From Marsupella aquatica (Eukaryota > Plantae > Marchantiophyta): a DNA stretch of 64,000 nucleotides. Under the pieces are notes generated by a model, which saw nothing but the letters and a program-made list of their open reading frames with translations, was not told the origin of the DNA and did not search any database. The position numbers and the translations under genes were made by a program. Numbering within the stretch: position 1 is the stretch's first letter; every line of letters begins with the position of its first letter. The stretch spans positions 2,235,312 through 2,299,311 of the forward strand of contig OZ316897.1 of assembly GCA_973895155.1 (NCBI GenBank). The letters are read 5' to 3'. Shown here in pieces: positions 51,001 through 64,000 of the stretch.

Positions 51001-54000
51001 TGAGTTGACTTGAAATTGGGACTTCTGTAGTTACTATGCCTGAATACTCGGAAGACAGACTCGTAGTACACGTCGCTTGATGCAAGAGCTGGCGATGTCG
51101 TTTTTCCATCGGACACTGGTTTGTACTTTGGAAGTAATTGATGGTAGAGAATACCGAGAACTATCACTAGAGCCACCGATCCTCCCGTAAAGAGACCTGC
51201 CACCCGCCAGCTTCACGGTCAAGGTCATTCCACTAAAAAGCTGTATTTTAGGAAACATTCATGATCACTCCCACTATCCGACTCTTTGTAATATTGGTCT
51301 TTGATATTCACCTCACATTATCCGACTATTTGTACTATTCGTCTTTGATATTCACCTCACACTATCCGACTACATCGTGGATTGGCGTGAGCTCTACAAA
51401 GAGTCTGGTCCCATCTGTAGTCTACAATTTCAAATCATCCTCAGACTACGCATTCACAGCGCAAGATTTGCCTATAACTTTTCATCGAGATCCATCGCAC
51501 TTGATGTGTAGATTGCAGGACGACAAATCCATTAGTATGCCACACGTAATTACTGTGTTCAGAAGTAGAAATGGCAATCTGCATTTGCTTTGATAGTGGG
51601 AATTGGTACTGGAATCGATTGTCCTGGCGTATTAGGTACTGCTAGACACTACCGCAGAACAAATATATCAGACGAATAATCATAGTTTCAGACGTACCTA
51701 AGAAAAACGTGATATTGTGAGAAGCTCTCTTCTGCGTGCTAGGCCTCAGGAGCGTCAATGCCTTCCGACGGTTGTGACTTGCAAACTGTTCTGTGAACAA
51801 TATTTCAACTCTATCGATGAGCTTCACAACCTTAACAGACGTGTTGAAGTAGGAAGTCTCGACAACTTTGAGATACACAGGTGCTGCCCTCTGTCCGGAA
51901 ATCTTGTCGTATTTCTTGAGTATCTTTGCAAATGCGACCACGTTCAAGGTGCTGTAGCTTTTCAACAGCGCCAGTCCACGATAATACTCGACGAAGGCCG
52001 CACGTAGCAGTGTTTCGGCCTGCTGGAGCTTCCTCTTCGTTATCATATCAGGATCTGAGGCTTTCTGATCTTTATCCTCTGAACTGGTTGAACCCCTCTT
52101 AACGACACCTTCCCACAACGTGCCTGGTGTTGTGTTCGGAACCTTCAATCTCATTGCCATCTGCACGGCAGAATCGTTTCCTCGTTTTACCAAAGGCGCC
52201 TCGGGCGCCTCGGTGACCTTCCTGCTTTCTCGTTCTGAGTCGTCTCTGTCAAGAGCCCCTCCATCGCCGTCCTTCCGACCGAGATATGCGCGAAAAAGGT
52301 TGGTCTTCTTACGATCATCTGCCCTACTCGACCCCGGTATATCTCGACCTGACTCCACATCTGTACCGGCACCTGTAAAATTGTCATCCGACCCCGACAT
52401 TAATGGTCACTTGGTTTATGTTGATAGGGAACCAGCCATCAACTGAAACCACTATGAAATAAACACTGATGAACTATCGTAATGAAACTAACTGAGTGAA
52501 ATGGTTCCTTAATAATTTGTCAATATTTTACTTCCAAAACATTGGCGGGATGACTTGATAGAGACTCACATATAAGTTACTACCCCTAACGAGGCCAGTG
52601 AATTGCAGTTTTGGACTACGAGCGACTACAATAGTTCTCTCTTGATTGCATGATTTTATCCATTGATTACAAAACAACTAGAATTGTGGCAGTGGGACTG
52701 ATTTGGAAAGTAGCTGCTTTCCTTTAGCTTTTCGATTCTACGTTATGATCACTGGAGATCTACACTTCAAGATAACCAGATGGTATAGTGATGGTGGAAT
52801 TTTTGAACACGCCGGAGTGCGTGCGATCTACTAGACCTATGAAAAGTGCAGGGAAGGATGGAATTGAATCGAACACGACCGAACCGCTAGGTATTACGTA
52901 CCATCCTCATTTCTATACGATTCCTGAAACCTCTGTTGCTCAGCGTAAACTCGTTGCTCGGCGTAAACTCGGCGCATCTCTACCAAAGCGGCCATTTGTT
53001 TCTCGAGAGCATCTGCTTGTGAGACGAAATCCTTCTCCTTGTTCCTGTAGAACTTATTTACCTTGTTGAATTCTGCGTCCAACCTGACGAAAAAGGCGGC
53101 TTCCAACTCACTTAAGTTTGTGAGGTCAGTTTCATAAATTGTCGCCGCGGGATCGCCGTCTACGTGTTTCACCTGCAACGCAAGGAAATAAGTTGATTGA
53201 GTCTCTTCCAAAGCCCGTCGCGTTCATATCAAATCGGAAACGGTACTGAGAACATTGATGAAAGGTCTTTGACAACTCTACCAGGTAACGCACGTTCGTT
53301 CCTTCACTCTCTCTATCCTCTATGACTCACATCATCTATGGCATGTAAGGCACAAAGTCTTTTCATCAAGCAACTACCACTTTCATTCCCGGCCCGCAGT
53401 GTTACGGCAGCTTGCGAATCTACCGTAAACATTCAAGTTCATGGAGCTCAGCTCAACTGCTCTTGGCCACGGGACAAACATTAATTGGAGAGCGGATCGA
53501 GCAGTATATCTAGATCCGAAAACAAGTACAATCATGATGCTAAACTAATACTGAAAGATACTGCCCATTAACTTATCGACCGTTTGTTTTCGCCTCGAAA
53601 GGTTTCGTTTATTCCATTGTAAACAAACATTGAAACAATTGAAAAGCTGTTCTACTATAGTACCTGTACGATTGGGTCCCTTGCGACCTGTGATCGTCGA
53701 CGGGTAAGTCTGTGTACTCCCCAGGCTGCGCCAGTGAGAGCCACAAACGAATCCGGCATATTAGAGACATTCCTTGGGCTTTTACTTTCGTCTTTGCCCA
53801 CCCGAGGCGACGGCGCCACTTTGCCCACCCGAGGCGACGGCAGCACGATGCTCATCCGAGCCCGAGGCGATGGCTGTACGTTGACAGTGACCCGAGGCGA
53901 CGGGCTCACTTTGTTCGAACGCTGGTCCTGTAAAACCTTCAGCATGTGTTTCAAATCCTTCTTCAGCGCTTTGTAGTTCACGTACGCTCCTCGCCATTCC

Positions 54001-54041
54001 GGGACAAGTTGTCCTTCCAATTGCTTCGCAAATTTGACCAT
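48078..54041 (-). CDS. PHO1: PHO1-family phosphate exporter (SPX + EXS domains), multi-exon
   Basis: SPX: [72 protein letters not shown]: [67 protein letters not shown], ending ...DDDE* at 48078. Confidence 0.95.
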
Positions 54042-56340
54042 CCTCGGAGCAGCGGTCGAATGTAGTTAGAGTTCCCCCCAAAAGCGTGTTTTGCTCGACC
54101 TCGGTTCCAATATAGTTTCCGTTTCCCCTAGATCCAATTCTATTTCGCTCGGCCTCTGTAAGTTTATGTGTGAAGAAGACTTGAAATCAATCGTGACTGG
54201 AACAGCAGTTTTGCTGACAAAGAGGACGTAATTAACGGAACAGAGACAAGCAGCCTGTCATACGTGCATCTTTGAACCCCACAGAAGAGCAACGGGGATT
54301 AGAAATTGCTGGAAGATTGGAACTAAGGGTGGGGAACCCAATTTTGGTAACAAAGCTCTCACTTGAGGGGAACTGGCGAACTTGCTTGGGCATGGGTGTG
54401 TCGTATGAGCTCGGAAGTTTTATAACGCCGCTTTGATTCCGAATGCATCGCAACTTTCGCTTGCACTTCCAAGAGCCTACTTTCTGGGTTTTGACCAAAG
54501 ACCCGGATCCGGTAACCATGACCACCTGCACGCAAGGCGACGCAACGATAGCTGGGCGGAGTCTATTGTACTTTCTGGGTTGACCTGGACTAAGATTGAA
54601 GAACCAAGACCTTCTCTTGATGGGCTGGGTCTGAGGTGAGGCTTGGAGTCAACTTTCTGGGTCATGCTGTCTTTGGTCGACCAGGTCATGTGTATTCATG
54701 TAGACCCGTAGGCATCTAGCTCCATCCTTCTCGTCGAAGAGACACCCTACAGCTTTAGAGAGAACTAACGACGTAGCCGTTGGCACCGCTCCAATTGATG
54801 AGAGGGAACCAGAGGGAGCCTCCATTAAATGAAGCCTTGAAGTACATGCCAGAAAAACCTCGCGACTGCCTCATAGACATGCTCTGGATACTCTAACCTT
54901 ATTACTTCCCTCCTGTGGGTTGTGGATCCTATCGTCTTGTTGTTCGATATATATCATAGTTGCCCAAGGGCAAATAAGGCCGAACCGGGAGACATTATTT
55001 GACTATATTTATCCGAAACTTATTCGAAACAGTACTCGAAAGGGTGGACCCCAATCTGAGTAAAAGGAATGGAGCCAACGATGATGCTCATGATTATGCA
55101 GTCAGCTCGAAGTTAATGACTTCTGTTGCATGCGCAGGTACAGTTGCATGCGGAGTTCCAGTACAATGTTGGTACGATGAGGCAAACCATCTTTGGCAGC
55201 TGAAAGCGAAACATGAGTGAGCTTTTTGGGTGTTAACTGTTTTCCTCCCATTGTATTCGCGTTGCTAGCTGCAGCTGGGAGACGCGGTCTTCAGAAAATG
55301 GAGACTCTCTTCTTTTCTTATGATAATCGAAAGTTACGCCAGAAATCGGAGACCTCACTTTCTCTCACACGTACAGTTTCTCTCGACACTCTCAAACGTA
55401 TTCTTTGGTGCTTCTCTCGACACACACTATGTCTGGCCTCTTGGGGCTGCTTGCCACCTAGAAACTCTTATGGAGACGTGGTCTTGAGAAGGTGGGAGAC
55501 CTTCTCGATCATTCTAGAGGACTAAATCATCGCAGGGCCGGGACTGAGGCAGGACTGCACAAAACCTCCCGAGGTCGATCACGTAGGCATGTAATTACGT
55601 CGAGACGAAAAAACTTAGCTCTGTCTCAATTCTGCTTTGAAAATCCCGTTGTATGCTGTTTACATGAATTGAATTGATTTGAAATCTTTCGAAATCATGT
55701 GGCCAGAAACTAACATTTGCAATTTTTAGTGGCAAAAAACACACTACTCTAGCAGTGTGTAGTGGGGCAAAAAACTACCAGAAACTACGGAGGCAATTGG
55801 TAGTGACAAAAAAAGTACCAAACTCCCACCTCGATCAGAATCGTTAGCCACACATGGGTCTCTCATTCCATAGTGGCAAGTAAACTACCCCAAACCACTG
55901 TAGCAATTTTTAGTGGCAGAAAAGCTACCAGAAACTACTTTGTAGTGGCAAAAAACTACTGTGCCAAACTCCACCTCGATCAAAATCCTTAGCCACATAT
56001 GGGACTCTCGTTAGCCAGTTCCAACCGAATCACAGGGTCTGAATACTCCCTCCTTGAAGCAACGAAAGCCACCTTTATAGAATAGACGTTCTCCTACATT
56101 TCTATCGAATGAAAACGCTGGTTAGTTGTACCTGTGTACACTTGGTAATCTACGGATCCCGTGTGCCGGTTGTGGGTCCCAGCAGAGGGGCGGCAGGAGG
56201 GCCCTCCCGGTAATATAGGAAATAATACCTGGGAGGTTTTGGCGGCTAGAAATCTTTCGATGGACAGTGGCCACATTCTCAAATCTCAATCTTACAATTT
56301 GGGCGAATCACTTCCGAGTAATCCAAGACGGTACCAGATA

Positions 56341-56641
56341 ACGAACTGGCTGTGGTCAGTTGGCTAGGGGATGAGCCTAGAACTGAGAGGTACCAGGTTC
56401 AATTCCTCTCCACATGCAAAGGTTGTGGAGGGTGAGTGTGTGTGTGGGTGGGGTGTAGTGATGGGAGTATTGGTTTTTTTCAGCCCTAGCTGGTCAGTTT
56501 TGGGCTCTGGTCCAACCCTCTCCCTCCTGGTCCTGGGTATGACCTCCCTTGTGGGCTACCTTACAGAGGTGCATGCTCGGGAGTTGATGGTCTATCCTCT
56601 GTTGGATTGGTCAGCTTTCGGTTTCAAGGCAAACAAAAAAA
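56341..56641 (+). mobile_element. tRNA-derived SINE (~300 bp)
   Basis: A-box TGGTCAGTTGG (~56353), B-box GGTTCAATTCC (~56396), 3' A-rich tail (~56630-56643), and TSD AAGACGGT-ACCAGATA (56325-56340) / AAGACGGTGACCAGATA (56642-56658). Confidence 0.85.
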
Positions 56642-59129
56642 AAGACGGTGACCAGATAGGACTCTCCCTGAGCGATGAAGATGGCTGGAGAATAGTCGAC
56701 CAGTTGACATATACACTCCTTATATATATATCTTGGAACCTGTGTTGTTTTTTGTTTGTAGTGATGTGTAAGACATCTAATTTTTTTACAATAATATACA
56801 AAAGTAGAAATATGGTATATGCAAAGAAAAGGGTACTTTTAACAACGAGTGAGATACAAACATAGAAGGAGAGCACAAGAAAAGAAATACACATAATCAT
56901 GGGGGAAAATATAAGTCTTATGGAATAAAGATTTGAATAGTTGGGCACATACACATACTTATTTGCCTGAGGTAATGACAATCAATTCAATTAAAAACAT
57001 AAGTTTAGGAAAACTAATCATGGAGGGAACTTAAGACATAGTTGTCCACACTTCTCAGATTCATTTCTCTGGTTCATGAGAACAGATAAAACTTCTTCGA
57101 TCTCTCCAACTGGTAGAAGTTCAATTTAGTGGTAAAGTAAATGCTTAGGATAGCAAAGATTAAAAAGTGAAGAGGGATGTCAAAATGAGCCAAAAATCCT
57201 CTACTACAGCAAAAAATTCATTCCTAATTTATACACAAATGATACACCTAGAGAAGGCACATTGAAATTAAAATATATGATTGAAAATATGAATAAGACA
57301 CAATCTGAAAGGTGGATTCACCATATAACAGCGATGAAGATGGCTGGAGAATAGTCGATAGGTTCACATATACACTCCCTCCATACCATGAATAATCTGG
57401 TTACTTTCTTTAATGTGCAAACCCTATAATTATTATCACATTTTGATATGTGAGAGGGATTGACAAGTAGGGAAATTGAAATGTAGGGAAATTGAACATC
57501 CTTGCTGACGGCAGTGGAAGAGCAATTTATTATGACACACAAGGAGTGGATCTGCATCCTCTTTACTGGTATTCTATTTTTGCCACCCTTTATCTTACAA
57601 GAGAACCATAATTTATAGAGAAGCAAATAAACAAAGTAAAAGAGATCGAAAGAGGCCAAAAACCAAACATATAAGAAAAGGCACATGTAACCTGGAAAAC
57701 CACCACAAAAGGAAAGTAGAAATCTTCAAGCACTTCCCTAGTGAGGTGGTGGACTAAACTTTCAGTCGGTCCTGGCGAATGAAGTTTGTGTGGGGGAGAA
57801 GATGCTAGCAATAATCTTTATCTTATTTTCTTGAATTATTTTTTCTTTCCTTACGGTTAGATCTCACTAGAGTTAAAAATACTTGTTAGAATTCTGGCAA
57901 GTGGGGTCTGCAGCTGGGTGGGAAACTTGTTAGTGGAAAAGACAAAACTTAGTGATTTTTTGCCACATGGATGACCATTGCCAATGTTTTGACAATAGAT
58001 AAGGTTCCACCAAAGTACAATGAAAGGCAAGAAAAAAGTGGTCCAAAGAAAAAGAGGTCCAACGAGGACAAACACCAAACAAAGGAACAGAAACCCAAGT
58101 GCAAATCTAACAACTGACAGAAGAAAATAAAGGGAAGAGTGTCAAACACCACATGAGTGCAAACTCAGGGACTAGTTTTGGCAATGGTAGTTAGATAGAG
58201 ACGTTTGATTGGGAAGCCATGTCTAGCATTTGCCTAAGGAACAGTGGTGCTTTCCCTTGGTCACTAATTACAATGCTGTCTTTGATTTTTTATAAAGAGT
58301 TTAGTTCATTCCAGCTATAAGGTCCTTCTAACTGTACCTAAAGTACTCGTTGGGGGAGGATTATATGGCACAGTGCCCTGAACAAGGAGAGTACCCCATT
58401 CGTACACAACTTAGACAATAAGACACAGCTTGACTTTTCCCCACCTCATCGTTGTTAGATAAAAGGGCCCACGTATCTCCATACTCCAATACTCCATACT
58501 CTCGAGAACAAAAAACTTATTGCAGCCCATCAATAATCAATCCACCAATTACAGTAGCCATCGATTGGCAACAATGTTGACCACCGTCCGGAGTTCGTCT
58601 AATACATCAAAATACCCGATATAAAGTAGGTTGGTCTCGTATTCAGAATTCACGTGTTCAGGACCACGTGCACCCACGCGGAGGACTTGTTTTGCATGCT
58701 ATTGTTGAAGCGAATCAGGCGACCAGACAAACAGGTCGTGGAACCGTCATTTTTCTAATTGGGTGGCAAGGCCAACAATAGCAAATCCCAACCATTCCCC
58801 CCCCCCCCCCCTATTTCTACATAATTAAATTCCACCGGTTGGTGCCTAGCTCTAGATGTGAAACGGAAGCTAGGATAGACCACCAACAGAGTGCTCCCTT
58901 ATCTTGGTGGCCCATAATTTGATGATTACAAGTCATAAAATAATATTTAGTTAAGCACCTTGCAAGGCAACTAGAGGTGGAGGAGACATGAGAAAATACA
59001 ATTCCAATTACTTTATATCATCACAACAGAAATTATCAAATGAAATTTATCCCTCGTCACAAAACACAACTCCAAATACTTTATATCAACAAGCAGAAAT
59101 TATCTCATGAAAAACTCAACCAAAATAAC

Positions 59130-60651
59130 GAGATATATACTTAGTGGACCTCCAAATGCAACTTTTTCTCTTAATGGACCAAAAGTTGCACACGCCCTCC
59201 CAGTGGACCCCAACGTTTAGATTCTCTCCCAATGGACCCCTGGGCCCACTCCGTACAAGCATGTTCTTCTGAAACACCTTACCACACAGTTCAGGTCCAC
59301 TACGTACCCTGTGGACATTGTGGTTGGTCATGTGTAGTAGGCCATCGATAACGTCGCAGTCCACAAGCATCTTAGCCCTGGCCGCAATCGAGCTCTGCAA
59401 CATCATGACTTCCTAGTTTTTGTGAATACAATATGGCTATTGTATTCAAACTACAATAGCCGCAATCTAGAACAATACAACATGGTCAATGTATTCACGT
59501 ACTCTACGCATGCAATGACACGTACTCTAGGTGGCGTCTACTTTGGATACATAGTTGACATTGTATTCAAAGATCGCACTTAAACAAAGTCAGGACTCCC
59601 CTGCCTTACATACAGGCAGCAAGGCTTGCTATAATGAACAGAACCAAAACCTGTTCAACATAGAACAATATATTTGTGTCTTGCATACAATATGCATGTT
59701 GTATGCACATTCCCCCTGACTTTACGACGAAGACACCCCCCTGTCGAAGCCTTCCCAAAATTAATGGACAAAACTTATCGTATTACAACACAAAAATATG
59801 ATTTGTCATGTATACACTTTGCACGTTGTATTCGGATTTTCACACTTAGGAAAAAAAATTGTCCCTCCGACTTTACGAAGACGCCCCCCGCCGAAGCCTG
59901 CTCAAATGGACAAAACCTATTGTATTTCAACATAGAAATATGATTTGTCATGTATACACTTTGCACGCTGTATTTAGATTTCACACTTAGAAAAAAAACT
60001 TTGTCCCTCTGACTTTACGAAGATGCCCCCCTCCGAAGCCTGCCCAAATGGACAAAATCTATTGTATTACAACACACATATATGATTTTTCATGTATACA
60101 CTTTGCACGTTGCATTTGGATTTCACAATTAGAATTCTATTTTGTCCCTCGGACTTTACGTACGAAGACGCCCCCCACCAAAGCCTGCCCAAATAATCAA
60201 AACCTTTTGTATTACAACACAGAGATATGATTTGTCATGTATACACTTCAAAAGTTCTATTCAGATTTCACACTTAGAAAAAAATTTTGTCCCTCCAACT
60301 TTACAAAACGCCCTCCACCCCCCTTCCGCCCCCCCCCCCCCCCCGCAAAAGTGACGGTTCATGTTTGTATGCATTGTGGTCAATGTATACATTGTGGGAT
60401 ACATTGATTCACTCGGAACTGCAATCGTAGTCGACCGCGTTCGGCGATGCGGTTGGACACTAAAGAACATTAGAACATGTTGCGTTTTACAGTGACAATC
60501 TCGCGCTATAAGAACTGCACAATGTGTTAGAAGAACATCTCACACGAAATGGCACCTCTGGTGGGCCCGGAGGTCCATTGGGAGGGCGTGTGCAACTTTT
60601 GGTCCATTAAGAGAAAAAGTTGCATTTGGAGGTCCACTAAGTATATCTCTC
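59130..60651. mobile_element. Non-autonomous Mutator-like (MULE) TIR element with an internal ~141-bp tandem array
   Basis: ~80-bp near-perfect TIRs (GAGATATATACTTAGTGGACCTCCAAATGCAACTTTTTCTC...) and 10-bp TSD CCAAAATAAC on both sides. Internal unit TGTCCCTC.GACTTTACG recurs at ~59860, 60002, 60142 and 60288. Confidence 0.9.
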
Positions 60652-63039
60652 CCAAAATAACTAAGATTTGACTATCACTTTGATGGAAGTGTAGCTTAAC
60701 TACTGTTCTTCTCTAGCATTTCACTAAAATTAGTTGAATATTTTAATATCAATTTATTAGAAGTAAACTCAAATTTTGGTAAATGTGGCCCACAGGGGTT
60801 TCCAAGGTTAACCTTGTATTCCTTAGGGCTTCAAATTCAAAAGAAGCAGGGCAGACAACTTTACGTCTTTACACTCAAGGAAAGATATGAAGCTTAGCTG
60901 AAGAGTTCCGATATTTAATGGTATACCACTTTTTGGCAAACCTTCAACCATCATGGGTTCGATTAAGTCTTCAGTACAAAAATGCATGACACGTATGAAG
61001 TATTAATACAGTACGGATAGTCAATGGTCTGGAGATTGTACTGTACTTTGTGGCTAACCCTACCCCACCATGGATTCGATTCTGGAGAGTTGTCTGGGTT
61101 ATCTGCACAATTGTTTTCGAGTACAGTACTATTATTAATAGCCAGTCCTGTTCTAGATAAGATTGTGATTCGCCCACAAATGTATGGCTGGCGGAACCTG
61201 ATGACTTGTTTGGGAGACGAAACAGAGCCCTCCAAACAATCACCATCTGCCTTTTTTGTATTGGCGAAAATTCGCCAAATCCTCTTTGGGAAACGTAGTG
61301 GCTATCTTAACAAAGGCAAGTTTTGAATTATTTTTTTAAAATTTCACCAAATCTAGGTGAGAGGAGTGTCTAGTGAGGAGCACTCCAGAAAGCCAGTCCC
61401 TCCCAAGCCATTGTTAGGCTTGCTCACCGTGTCCTGTCACAACAATGTATTTTACTAGGATCTCGTCTTCACATACCTATGTTTTAGGCTATGTACCAGG
61501 TACCAAGTTGTTTGGGGATGTGTATTTGGGAGCATGGAGAGGTTTTATTCCCCTACACAGAATTAAGCTACATTCGCAAGGTTGACATATATTTGAGATT
61601 TAGTTCAAGTGTCATTTATTCTTCTTAGAGGCTTTGGCTCAATTTTGCCAAAAGCTCTGATACACACTCTAGGCTTGTTGTCACTCAATCTTTCTGGATG
61701 GATCTGACTGCTTGCCTAAAACATACCTTGGGTGAGCAAGAGGTTGACACCCCTCCTGCGCCATGGAACCATGAGATCATGACCTCTTCTTAGGCAATCC
61801 AATGGATAGTTGCCACCATGGCTACTTGGCCCATATCTAATAACACCCTGATCACCTTCATCAGTGAGAGACTCTGCCTCAATTTCCATAGGCCCTATGT
61901 ATGTCAGCCGGGATGTCAGCAGCAGAGAGAGATTAGCGGGAGTAGCCATTTTAAAATTGTTGTAAACAAGCATTTTTTTCTCGTGCCAAAGTTCACATGA
62001 TTACACCCCTCAGAAAACACCATTTTGTTTATCTTTCTCTTCTCACATTCCACATTTGCTTTAGATGTGGACCTCAGTCCATCACACTAGTGAAGTGTTA
62101 ACAAAATGTACTCTTTCTTTTCTTCTTGTTCTTTTTCAGGGTTACATTTGCCTTTTTTTGGGTTTGGTGTTAGTCCCCTTTGGACCTATTTTACTTTCCC
62201 TTCATTGTACTTTGTTTTTTCCCTTTTGTTACAGATTATGGTTCTTTGTCAAAAGAAGATTTTTTGCCATTTTTTTATAAGGTTTTCTGGTTTTTATTGG
62301 CAATTTTCTCACCCTAGCCACAAACCCCATTCAGAAAAATCCGACAGTCATCTTTAAATCTAGAAAGATCTAATGGTGAGACAATAATCAAAAGAAACTC
62401 AAACTAACAAAATTTCCTTCAAGGGCTGACAATGGTCATCCTGGAGAAAAGGAAAAAATATTTCGCCAGTCTTAAATAGATAAATAATTTGCCATGGTGG
62501 CGGCTACAGTATCTTTACTGTATAAATTACCCTCAATACCGGCGAGTAGCTCTACTGTAGAATCAGGGCAATGACTATACAGTACGAAACCACATAAAGG
62601 CTAGTTGTATAGTACGGAAATCAAATGGTGAAGTACGGCAAGTTGATAGTAGTGTACCGTACACTTTTGGCGAATCCCACTCCATGTGGATTCCATTGTG
62701 GATGGCGAGGGTTTTTCAAAAATTCCTCCCCAGTACTACCGTCTTTTTTTCCAGGTAAACTCTGGCAAAACTTCGTCCGCAATAAGAGGGCTGGCTCGGA
62801 GCCGCGAAGCAAGAGCGTACTACAAGTAGAAAGGGGACCATCCCGTTTAGCGCAAAAAAATACTCGACTAGGAGAGCTTTAACCAGGAGAGCTTCAAAAA
62901 TACTAACATATTAAATTCAACCTCATAGTTAGATTTGTACATCGGTGATGGAAATGAGTCTCTTGGATATTGCATTATTATGAGAGGAAGAAATTCACGA
63001 GACTCATATTTTCTTCTCCTTTTGCCAGTGTATTGCAGC

Positions 63040-64000
63040 CGGTCGTTTGCCTCCTCCCGTCTCTCGGCTCTTGAGTGCTTCTCGTTTATTGGCCATGGCT
63101 AAGTCTTCATCGGGTGTTCGGCCAATTGCTATTGGGGAGGTTTTTCTTCAGCTTGTGTCTCGCACACTTTCCTCGCAGTTTCGCTCTGCACTATCGGATC
63201 ATCTCTCTCCACATCAGTTTGCAGTTGGCGTTCCTGGCGGTTGTGAGACAGTTATTACGGGTATTCGAGCTACCTTGGACCTCCACCCTGATTGGGTTGT
63301 CCTCCAGGTTGATGTCTCTAACGCTTTTAATACGGTTTCTCGGGCAGCCATTTTTCGTGCTTTGAGGGCGGCAGATCCAGACATCCAGTCCCTGATCCCC
63401 TTTGTCTGTTGTTTTTATGGACTCGAGGCCCCACTCTTCTATAGTCGTCACTCCTCTACAGGTGTGTATACCACTCTTTCCTCTGCAGAAGGTACTCGTC
63501 AGGGTGACCCTTAGGGTGGGCCTCTTTTTGCCATTGCCCATTTTACAGCTTTATGGGAAGCCGCCATGGCCCACCCCCAGTGTATCTTCCCCTCCCTTTC
63601 AGATGACACCCACATCATTGGTCCTCCTGCCGCGGTTACTTCTACCCTCGCCACTCTTTCCACCCATTTGATGGGCCTCGGTTTACAAGTTCAGCCTGTG
63701 AAGAGTCGTGCATGGAGTCCAGCTGGGTTACCCTTTGATCTTGCGCTTCCCCCAGGGTTCTTACGTCCAGCCGATGGTCTTCGGGTCCTTGGCTCCCCAG
63801 TCGGTACCGCCTCCTTTTGCTCCTCTTTCATCGCTGACTCTCTACAGGCTGCCTTAGCCTCTACTCCTATGCTCCCTAAGTTAGCAAATTCTCAGGCAGC
63901 ATTTGGGATGTTGTTGAGGTGCATCCACCCTCATGCGTCTTATCTGGCTAGGACACATCCCCCTATCGAGGATCTTTGTCTCCACCTTCAAGCATTTGAT
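63040..64000 (+). mobile_element. Non-LTR retrotransposon reverse transcriptase, CRE-clade-like; 5'-truncated and running off the window
   Basis: A single frame with one stop reads GVRPIAIGEVFLQLVSR...LSPHQFAVGVPGGCE...VLQVDVSNAFNTVSR...GTRQGDP*GGPLF...PSLSDDTHIIG...GLQVQPVKS...GLRVLGSPVG...YLARTHPP. Confidence 0.85.

Noticed and set aside
54042-56000. PHO1 uORF, P1BS (GNATATNC) sites or cis-antisense RNA as known from Arabidopsis and rice
   Set aside because: There is no ATG in the ~115 nt upstream of the start, the UTR structure further up is undefined, I saw no clear P1BS by eye, and antisense RNA cannot be inferred from sequence.
55680-56020. Repeated TAGTGGCAAAAAAC motifs, possibly CACTA subterminal repeats
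   Set aside because: No termini or TSD could be defined.

Overview
Eukaryotic land-plant genomic DNA, probably a non-seed plant (inferred from the gene set, GT-AG introns and TE types), so the ORF track only catches exon fragments. I could assemble five spliced host genes: a penta-EF-hand Ca2+-binding protein (+, 860-3516), a DUF1664 protein (-, 10859-14751), TFIIH subunit TFB5 (+, 30181-30673), a Rab3-GAP catalytic subunit (+, 30782-39873) and a PHO1-family SPX-EXS phosphate exporter (-, 48078-54041). The intergenic space is filled with TEs: a decayed Bianca-type Ty1/copia with both LTRs plus a truncated copy, four related solo LTRs with TSDs, a second copia remnant, two Helitron-like ends, a 5'-truncated L1, a tRNA-derived SINE, a non-autonomous MULE, a CRE-like non-LTR RT, and a 3.6-kb element with a decayed spliced transposase. 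The top finding is that the TFB5 stop lies only 108 nt before the Rab3GAP ATG on the same strand, a candidate TFB5-RAB3GAP1 bicistronic transcript. Secondary findings are the Kolobok-like element, the CRE-like RT and a PBS matching the tRNA-Ile anticodon arm. All coordinates were read by eye and may be off by a few bases; family calls come from recalled motifs, not database searches.
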